Below, in pieces: positions 1 through 6,877 of a stretch of 64,000 nt of DNA. The notes under the pieces were generated by a model that saw nothing but the letters and a program-made list of their open reading frames with translations, did no database searches and was not told where the DNA came from. A program made the position numbers and the translations under genes. The DNA comes from an uncultured Candidatus Poseidoniales archaeon (GTDB lineage: Archaea; Thermoplasmatota; Poseidoniia; Poseidoniales; Poseidoniaceae). The first letter of the stretch is position 1, and every line of letters begins with the position of its first letter. The DNA is taken from positions 3,759 through 67,758 of the forward strand of contig CACLCM010000005.1 in the NCBI GenBank assembly GCA_902605365.1, given 5' to 3'.

Positions 1-279
1 CCAAAGAGCTGGCTTGAGTTTGAAGTAGTTTCTTTTGCGCAAGAACTAGTTGAGCAAGGAGCTGCTTGCATACAGCACTACGCAATAACTTCAACTTATT
101 CTTGGGAAGGTTCAGTCCAATCTGAACAAGAATGGGCTCTTTCCGTTAAGGTTTCAAATTCTCACAAAGATAAGATCGTTGAAATAATTTCCAAGTCTCA
201 TCCCTATGATGTTCCTCAAATCATTTGCTCACAGTCTCATGCAAATGATGATTATTGCAATTGGGTTAATTCTCAATAA
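1..279 (+). CDS. cutA: Divalent-cation tolerance protein CutA (5'-partial)
   Basis: Not in the ORF track. Frame 1 translates to ...ACIQHYAITSTYSWEGSVQSEQE...SHPYDVPQII...YCNWV*, carrying the CutA SxYxWEG and HPYDVP motifs. TAA at 277-279. Confidence 0.85.
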   Translation, partial: PKSWLEFEVVSFAQELVEQGAACIQHYAITSTYSWEGSVQSEQEWALSVKVSNSHKDKIVEIISKSHPYDVPQIICSQSHANDDYCNWVNSQ

Positions 280-355
280 TCGAGAATAACCATTCGGAAC
301 TTTTTCTTGATTTACTTGGGGAAAGTGTTTAGTGAATCCTTCAATTGTAAGAATC

Positions 356-640
356 ATGGCCGGAAGTGGAGATGACAACTTGAACCTAAAAAAACTCATG
401 AAGAACCTAGTTTCTGCATTGGATGAAAAGAATCTTTCAGTCAAGGAATTGTTTTCTCAAATGGATACAGACATGGATGGCAGAATAAGCGGTCCCGAAT
501 TACACAAGGGTCTCGACAACCTTGCAGGCGAATATTTGTCTCCAGGTCAAATTTCAAAGATCATCGAATCCATGGACAAGGATTCAGATAATCGAATCGA
601 CCAATCCGAGCTCAGTGCTGCAATTGAAAAAGTAAGGTGA
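356..640 (+). CDS. Small EF-hand calcium-binding protein (two EF-hands)
   Basis: Two canonical 12-residue loops, DTDMDGRISGPE and DKDSDNRIDQSE, each flanked by helices. ATG at 356 preferred over GTG at 332. Confidence 0.8.
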   Translation: MAGSGDDNLNLKKLMKNLVSALDEKNLSVKELFSQMDTDMDGRISGPELHKGLDNLAGEYLSPGQISKIIESMDKDSDNRIDQSELSAAIEKVR

Positions 641-662
641 AGCCCCCACTAGAAAATAAAGT

Positions 663-728
663 GGAGCAAGCGTGTACAAACGGGCGACCCCTCGCCCACC
701 CCGGAAACGCTTACTCCGTTCTCCGGAG
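663..728 (-). ncRNA. Candidate structured small RNA (long GC-rich hairpin)
   Basis: Intergenic. Arms 663-673 and 707-717 pair, with an inner stem 682-687/692-697. Imperfect pairs are G-U on the minus strand. A U-rich tract follows on the minus strand. Confidence 0.35.
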
Positions 729-808
729 CAATTTTCCTATCTGATTGGCTGTTATTAAGGCATGTATAACAAACACATCTTCAAAAGGGCTTGATATCAA
801 CAAAGTGT

Positions 809-1534
809 ATGGACACCCTCCCTTTGTTCGTCTTACCAATGGTTCTGATGCCCGGGGAAGTTCAGGAATTGAGAGTGTTCGAGCCTCGGTACAGACAAAT
901 GCTTGACGATTGTCTTCTAGATGACCGTAACTTCGGTTTAGTTCTCAATGACCCACTTCAATCAATAAATCATTGGGATGGGCCACGAGTGCATGGTTGT
1001 GAAGCAGAGATTATTCATCATGAGACAAAGGGTAGCAACCACTTCCTCCAAATTATCGGACGTAGAAGATTCACCGTTACTGAAGTCCATGAACCCGCAT
1101 TACCTCCATTCGACCATCCTATGCTTGAATCATTGGTATCTGAATATGGAGTCGACCCAGACCTACAGAGTATGTTAGAATTAATCCCCGATGATGTTGG
1201 TCATTCTAAACTCTATATCAGTGCTGAAGTAGAATATCATGACGCACAAGAGGAAACAACTCAACCCCAACAAGACAAGTTGACAGAAATAGTAAGCACT
1301 GTACTAACTCGCATTGGCAAGATGTTGAACATTGATATCGATATGCTTGATGAATGGGTGAAAAGTACACCTATGGTGCAAGTTGTTGACAGTGAACCTA
1401 ATTCCGTATACTCAGTTACAGCCTTACTGGTTAGTGACCTCGGGGCTAGACAACAGATCCTCTCGAAGAGTAATATCGAAGATGCGATTGCTGAGTTATC
1501 GCATCAAATAGCAACTTCATACGAAGAAGAATGA
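809..1534 (+). CDS. Stand-alone Lon peptidase N-terminal (substrate-binding) domain protein
   Basis: LPLFVLPMVLMPGEVQELRVFEPRYRQML is the Lon-N signature. No AAA+ or protease domain follows. Confidence 0.8.
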   Translation: MDTLPLFVLPMVLMPGEVQELRVFEPRYRQMLDDCLLDDRNFGLVLNDPLQSINHWDGPRVHGCEAEIIHHETKGSNHFLQIIGRRRFTVTEVHEPALPPFDHPMLESLVSEYGVDPDLQSMLELIPDDVGHSKLYISAEVEYHDAQEETTQPQQDKLTEIVSTVLTRIGKMLNIDIDMLDEWVKSTPMVQVVDSEPNSVYSVTALLVSDLGARQQILSKSNIEDAIAELSHQIATSYEEE

Positions 1535-1545
1535 ATTTGTTTCAT

Positions 1546-2334
1546 TCATTGTAGGGTGTTTGACCATTCAGCAGTTGGCTTGTGCCAATCCCTTAGCTGG
1601 TCTGTTTCAAGACGTAGTTGTAGTCCGTCACCCTGCTCGAAATCTGAATCTTCTAGCATGAAGTCAACAACCAGTTCATTGCTTCTGAATGTATCATCAT
1701 ACAGAACTTCTTGCCCCACTACGCTTCCTTCCTCAGTCCACTGAAGAATCACACGAACGTGGCATTCTTGGAGAGGATTTCGCAATGAACATGATTCGCT
1801 ACTGCCATCATGCTCAACCATTACAAAGCCGTCCATGGTTTGAACACCAGGGATTGCAAACAAATCTATTACAGTATCCTTAGCAGTTGGAGCGCATGTG
1901 CATTCCATATTATCTGCTTCAGCCATTCCTATCAAATTGACAGTAACTTGCAAGTTTGCGGTTTCAACTGCGTCACTGGATATCGAAGTGGCTGTGACTT
2001 CGTAAGTACCTGGGAGTTCATATTGGTGGGAAGTAACTGCCCCTGAGCCTGATGTACCATCACCAAAATCCCACGAAATAGCATCTGCACCACCGACAAC
2101 AGAGAATACGAACTCATGCAGAATGTGCGTGATTGAATCTTCTTCATTGTTATCTCCGTCATCGATTTCGATTAGTGTGTAATGGTTTGTACCTTCTGAG
2201 AAATCAACCTTAGCGGAGAATGAATCACTACTTTGGGAACTCTGTAGTACATTTAGCGTTGCAAAAGTACCGGTGGAAACAACAGCGATTAAGACAATTA
2301 AGGCGATTGTTGTACCAGATAACTTGCTCAACAT
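1546..2334 (-). CDS. Membrane-anchored PKD-domain protein
   Basis: N-terminal hydrophobic anchor. SWDFGDGTSGSG...HQYELPGTYEVT is a PKD motif. Confidence 0.75.
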   Translation of the reverse strand: MLSKLSGTTIALIVLIAVVSTGTFATLNVLQSSQSSDSFSAKVDFSEGTNHYTLIEIDDGDNNEEDSITHILHEFVFSVVGGADAISWDFGDGTSGSGAVTSHQYELPGTYEVTATSISSDAVETANLQVTVNLIGMAEADNMECTCAPTAKDTVIDLFAIPGVQTMDGFVMVEHDGSSESCSLRNPLQECHVRVILQWTEEGSVVGQEVLYDDTFRSNELVVDFMLEDSDFEQGDGLQLRLETDQLRDWHKPTAEWSNTLQ

Positions 2335-2406
2335 GCCTCCAACATTACTCAGTTTGCTTATGAAGTACTGTTTTTCTGGAACTTAAGGCTACAGTAATTA
2401 TAGCAT

Positions 2407-2844
2407 TCACTTACGATTAATCATACCTGCCATGATGTTTAGATTATTATTTCGAATCTCAACATCATTGTCTAAGAAATCAGAGAGATCTCTGGTATCA
2501 TTGTAAATCATTTTGACGCCAATCAATTGTGCGGTAACTGTCAATATGCTGAACCACAATTGTACTTTCATTGCTGTTTCAAAGTCTTCTACAGTTGTTG
2601 CGTTCCCACCAGATGTAGGAAGTGCGCTAATCAATAAGAAAAACAACTGCAATGATAATGTCACCATTATGATAGTGAGACCAGCGAGTGTTCGTTGTCC
2701 AAATCTGTTTTGCTCGCTTGCAACAACCTGTTGTTTAGATGACGTACTGGTGTCTGCAAAATTCTGCACTGGTTGTTCAGTTTGTACAATGGGTTGGCTT
2801 TGGAATTGTACACCTTGACTAGTGTACCAATTTCGGTCAGACAT
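2407..2844 (-). CDS. Hypothetical membrane protein (2 TM)
   Basis: 145-aa ORF with two hydrophobic segments. Confidence 0.55.
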   Translation of the reverse strand: MSDRNWYTSQGVQFQSQPIVQTEQPVQNFADTSTSSKQQVVASEQNRFGQRTLAGLTIIMVTLSLQLFFLLISALPTSGGNATTVEDFETAMKVQLWFSILTVTAQLIGVKMIYNDTRDLSDFLDNDVEIRNNNLNIMAGMINRK

Positions 2845-2937
2845 GTTTTTCCCTTACGGTTACAATGTATCAACAATCCCCTTTCCAATGCCTGGAAACT
2901 GCATTAACTTGATTATATCCTAATTCGTGAAAAAAAT

Positions 2938-3315
2938 GTGCAGAGAAAGAAAATTCCCAACCCCGATTATGACAAATCCCTGAAATCACACAAATTTGAA
3001 AGAGAACGCATCTATGTTTGGGAGACAGCGGGTGGCAAGCAATTATCGGACGATGAAATTGAGGCTAAACAAAAACCCATACCCGTTAGTACTGAACTAG
3101 ATCGGTTCTTGGGAGTTTTAGCATCCATAGTATTGGCAATCTTCGGTTTGTACATGATATTTGTAATTCAAGGTCCATCAGATCTGGGTAGGGCACCCGG
3201 AGATGGAATACTTGGACTGTTTTTAGTATGTTGTAACGGAATTGGAGTACTTTTGGTAATTTGGTCGGTATTCATGTTCAGTTCATCGATAAAAAGTTTT
3301 GATAATGACGACTAG
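2938..3315 (+). CDS. Hypothetical membrane protein (2 TM)
   Basis: 125-aa ORF with two hydrophobic segments. The start codon is uncertain. Confidence 0.55.
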   Translation: MQRKKIPNPDYDKSLKSHKFERERIYVWETAGGKQLSDDEIEAKQKPIPVSTELDRFLGVLASIVLAIFGLYMIFVIQGPSDLGRAPGDGILGLFLVCCNGIGVLLVIWSVFMFSSSIKSFDNDD

Positions 3316-3339
3316 ACATGTTAATTTTCGATATTAGGA

Positions 3340-3412
3340 TGCTCGTACCGGGATTTGAACCCGGGTCGAAGCCTCGAGAGGGCTTCATGATGGGCCACTA
3401 CACTATACGAGC
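3340..3412 (-). tRNA. tRNA-Glu(CTC)
   Basis: Reverse complement GCTCGTA...AAGCC-CTCTCGA-GGCTT...GGTTCAAATCC...TACGAGCA forms a full cloverleaf with anticodon CTC. Confidence 0.95.
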
Positions 3413-3591
3413 GACAAGCCACCGACTTGTCACCTGTATTTATTCTCAACGGGTATGACCTGTAATACCTTCAAAAAAAGTGAAAGTGAAAAATTGCTCG
3501 CAGTGCCTTATTTATCATTGACATTATACCTTCACTTTCAGTCATCTCTGTCCTTCTTTTCTTGATATAGGGAGGGCTGAGAATTTGGTTC

Positions 3592-3768
3592 ATGGACAAA
3601 AGCATACGATTCTCGGACCTAGTCCCGAGTGGAAAGGCAAAGAACATGAATACACGATACGATGCACACATCGTATCTTCTGATGGAACCTGGGATTGGA
3701 AGCCTCTGAAGGTTGAAGTTCCAGCAACCTGGCAAAACCTAGCACGCCGTACAAGAGGTGAGGCTTGA
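3592..3768 (+). CDS. Small hypothetical protein (58 aa) below the ORF-track cut-off
   Basis: MDKSIRFSDLVPSGKAKNMNTRYDAHIVSSDGTWDWKPLKVEVPATWQNLARRTRGEA*. GGAGGG lies upstream. Its stop overlaps the next start (TGATG, 3766-3770). Confidence 0.6.
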   Translation: MDKSIRFSDLVPSGKAKNMNTRYDAHIVSSDGTWDWKPLKVEVPATWQNLARRTRGEA

Positions 3769-4007
3769 TGAGTCGAACTGGGCGTCTACGAAATGAAATC
3801 GCACAATATCTTGAGGACAATGGTGTATCTAACACGAGTCAGATCCTTGACCACGTCAACCAACGTTTCCGCTGGGGAGCTACAATGAACCAGGTTGGAA
3901 ATGTACTTGCTCGTGATACACGTTTTGAAAAATTAGGACTTACCGAGGGCACAACCATGGCTGGGTTCCGCGAAAGGGTCTGTATTTGGGCTCTGGTTGC
4001 GAACTGA
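3768..4007 (+). CDS. Small winged-helix protein (DUF3860-like)
   Basis: RLRNEIAQYL...NTSQILDHVN...TMNQVGNVLARD...VCIWAL matches, from memory, the DUF3860 winged-helix pattern. RBS GAGGTGA. Confidence 0.65.
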   Translation: MSRTGRLRNEIAQYLEDNGVSNTSQILDHVNQRFRWGATMNQVGNVLARDTRFEKLGLTEGTTMAGFRERVCIWALVAN

Positions 4008-4896
4008 CCATGTACCCCTGTCATCCCCCATAGGTCTGATGTGGCGCGAGATTGTTGAGTTATCCCGTCCGAAAAATGTCGTCTTAGCGGCTATTACGGT
4101 ACCCTTGGGTGCTCACCTTGCTCTCGGTGGTGTTTGGTCATTCCAATCACTCGGTCTCGTGGCCCTTCAGACCACTTCTGCGATATGCTTCATAGCAGCA
4201 GGAAATACCTTCAATGACATATCTGATAATACTATAGATAAAGTGGCTAAGCCACATAGGCCAATACCTTCTGAAAGAATTTCAATAGCATCTGCCACTA
4301 AGGTCGCATATGCTTTCACACTGCTTAGTGCCCTTTGTATGGCCTCTGCAATTCCCTTTACAGATCAGCCATATCCATTGATTGGAATATGGTCGATTGC
4401 AGCTATTCTGATGTATACTTATGATGCAGGTCCACAAACTAAGAGACTTGGTTTGACAGGGAATGTGTCAATTTCTCTAATGGTTGGTGCAGTGATAGTT
4501 TACGGTGCATCTGCTGTTTCCATGGCTTCAACTCCAATCGTACTATTTGCTGCAGGTGTCGCTTTCTTTGCTAACCTTGCAAGAGAGATAATCAAAGATT
4601 GTGAAGACATGGAGTCTGATGAAGGTAGGAATACCCTACCTATGAGAATTGGATTGATGAATGCCAGGGCTGTAGCGTATGTCTTCATTCTAGCATCAAT
4701 GGTAACTCTTGGCTTGGCACACTTGTATGGTCCTTTTGAATATCACCAAATTGTATTTCATGCACCGGCAATATTCATTCTATTCTCATTGAATGGACCA
4801 TTATTCAGAGGCGAAGACCACAGTGCACAACAAAGTGTGCGAATAGGTATGCTTCTTGGTTTAGTCGCTTTCGCAGTACAAGTAAGCGTCCTCTGA
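3997..4896 (+). CDS. UbiA-family prenyltransferase, probable digeranylgeranylglyceryl phosphate (DGGGP) synthase
   Basis: SRPKN, NTFNDISDNTIDKVAKPHRPIPSERI and REIIKDCEDMESD motifs; multi-TM. The true start may be ATG 4039. Confidence 0.85.
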   Translation: MRTDHVPLSSPIGLMWREIVELSRPKNVVLAAITVPLGAHLALGGVWSFQSLGLVALQTTSAICFIAAGNTFNDISDNTIDKVAKPHRPIPSERISIASATKVAYAFTLLSALCMASAIPFTDQPYPLIGIWSIAAILMYTYDAGPQTKRLGLTGNVSISLMVGAVIVYGASAVSMASTPIVLFAAGVAFFANLAREIIKDCEDMESDEGRNTLPMRIGLMNARAVAYVFILASMVTLGLAHLYGPFEYHQIVFHAPAIFILFSLNGPLFRGEDHSAQQSVRIGMLLGLVAFAVQVSVL

Positions 4897-4897
4897 C

Positions 4898-5911
4898 TTA
4901 GAAGCCGACGCCCATCATTTCGCCCATGGCTCCCCATGCAGCATTGTCTACTAGGTATGCGAGTAGGCTCATCTGTGCCCACATCCTGTTTTCTGCTTGG
5001 TCGAAGACGATACTGTTGGCGTGGTCCATTACTGCATCAGTAACCTCATCCCCACGGTGAGCAGGTAAACAGTGCATGAATGCCCAGTTATCATTGGCTC
5101 CTGAAACTAAATCCATGTTGACTTGGAATCCATCAAATGCTGCCAATTTATCCTTCATGTCTTCCTCCCCCATCGAGATGAAAACATCTGTATAGATTAC
5201 ATTTGTATCCTTTACCGCTTCTTTAGGATCGTTGGTACCAACCATCTCTGAACCATTCTCCTTAGCAAAGTCTTCAGCTCTTGCAACAATACCTTCATCC
5301 GGCTCGAATCCTTTAGGGAAGGCATAGTGGAAATCAATACCTAACATTCCACATGCTAGCATTAAGTCATGCAAGACATTGTTACCGTCACCAACCCATG
5401 AAACCTTGAGTTCATTACGTTCAGTGAAGTGCTCTAGTACTGTCATTAAGTCTGCAGCCGCTTGACAAGGATGGTGCTTGTCAGATAGTGCGTTTAGAAC
5501 GGGTACACTTGAATTGGCAGCTAATTCTGCAACGTCAGCATGTGCGAAACATCGGTAAGTAATGGCACCCAAAAATCTGGAGAGCACGTTTGCTGTGTCT
5601 GCAACAGTTTCAGATTTACCAAGTTGAATGTCATTTTTCAGTAGTGTCAAAGGGTAACCACCCAGTCGGTTTATTCCTACTTCGAAAGAGACTCGAGTTC
5701 TCGTACTTGGTTTCTCATAGATACTTCCGACTGCCATATCGGCTAGTGGGAAGAAGTTCAGAGCTATTTCATCTCCAGATTTCCACATTTTCTTGAACTC
5801 AATAGCCCAATTTAGGATGTCTTCAAAATCTTCTGCTACGTCATCAATAGCCAATAGATGGTCAGCCATGCCTACTGCCCTTAGAGGACGGTTGAAAGAC
5901 ACATCGGTCAA
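4898..5911 (-). CDS. argF: Ornithine carbamoyltransferase
   Basis: STRTRVSFE, HPCQ and FMHCLP motifs. Confidence 0.92.
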   Translation of the reverse strand: MTDVSFNRPLRAVGMADHLLAIDDVAEDFEDILNWAIEFKKMWKSGDEIALNFFPLADMAVGSIYEKPSTRTRVSFEVGINRLGGYPLTLLKNDIQLGKSETVADTANVLSRFLGAITYRCFAHADVAELAANSSVPVLNALSDKHHPCQAAADLMTVLEHFTERNELKVSWVGDGNNVLHDLMLACGMLGIDFHYAFPKGFEPDEGIVARAEDFAKENGSEMVGTNDPKEAVKDTNVIYTDVFISMGEEDMKDKLAAFDGFQVNMDLVSGANDNWAFMHCLPAHRGDEVTDAVMDHANSIVFDQAENRMWAQMSLLAYLVDNAAWGAMGEMMGVGF

Positions 5912-5914
5912 AAA

Positions 5915-6733
5915 TCAGTTCTTTTCGTGTTCGATATCGGACGCAAATCCGTCTCTTGCATCGCTCATACCGCCGAATAATGCTTGAGCGAATGTCAGGA
6001 CATCTGCCATTCCGTCTTCGGTTTCGCTAGAAAGAGGAGTTAGTCCTGGTGATTGTGAGAACTGTTGCATCATTCTAAGTTGATTGATAGCGAATTCAGT
6101 TCGCTGACCACCAGCCTCATCATACAATGCTAACTCTAGGATTTCAAGTCTTTCAGACCATTCTAGAATCTTCTCAAGTTCCTCTTCTTCGAGAAGGTCT
6201 GACTTTGAAAGGAAGTTCTTGGTTGGCAACCCTAGTCTAAATTCAACGATACTGGATAGAAGCATCTGAGATACGAATCCAGATGGACTTCTCGACAACA
6301 TAGGGTCGAATAGGTAAATGATGGCAGCTTGGTCTTGACCTAAAACCTCGATCAAGTGTGATGATGCCTCACGGAATGCGAATAACTCAACCTGTCCCGG
6401 AGTATCAACGATAATCAATTCTCCAGAGAGTGCGTGTAATTCATCAGCAACATCAAGCGCTTGTGCTGCTACCAAATCTGCAGCTAGAATCTGTGCACCG
6501 TTCGGTCCAAGATCGTACTCGTTCATGACTTCAGTAAGAGAAATAATATCTCTAACATCAAACTCAGCATCGTAGTGCACTCTTTCTGCACCAGGGTCGA
6601 GATTCACAGCTATTGCTTCAGTCTCTAAAAATCGACTCCATCTCTGGAAAGAGGTGACAAGTGAAGACTTGCCTGCGCCAGCGGTTCCAACGACAAATAT
6701 TACAGGAGGCGACGAAGTATCTAATCCGACCAT
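5915..6733 (-). CDS. GPN-loop GTPase
   Basis: GTAGAGKS P-loop, NLDPG, LGPNG (the GPN motif) and DTPGQVELF. Confidence 0.92.
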   Translation of the reverse strand: MVGLDTSSPPVIFVVGTAGAGKSSLVTSFQRWSRFLETEAIAVNLDPGAERVHYDAEFDVRDIISLTEVMNEYDLGPNGAQILAADLVAAQALDVADELHALSGELIIVDTPGQVELFAFREASSHLIEVLGQDQAAIIYLFDPMLSRSPSGFVSQMLLSSIVEFRLGLPTKNFLSKSDLLEEEELEKILEWSERLEILELALYDEAGGQRTEFAINQLRMMQQFSQSPGLTPLSSETEDGMADVLTFAQALFGGMSDARDGFASDIEHEKN

Positions 6734-6877
6734 ATTTTGTGGGCTCAGTCCTCCCTTCATCAACCTACCGTTCGCTAAACAATGACTATTCCGCTTATGA
6801 TAATGTCCGCACAATGGTTATACGCTAAGCAATGATGGAGAGATTGCCGCCATGCGGCATATGAAGGAGGTCTAATT

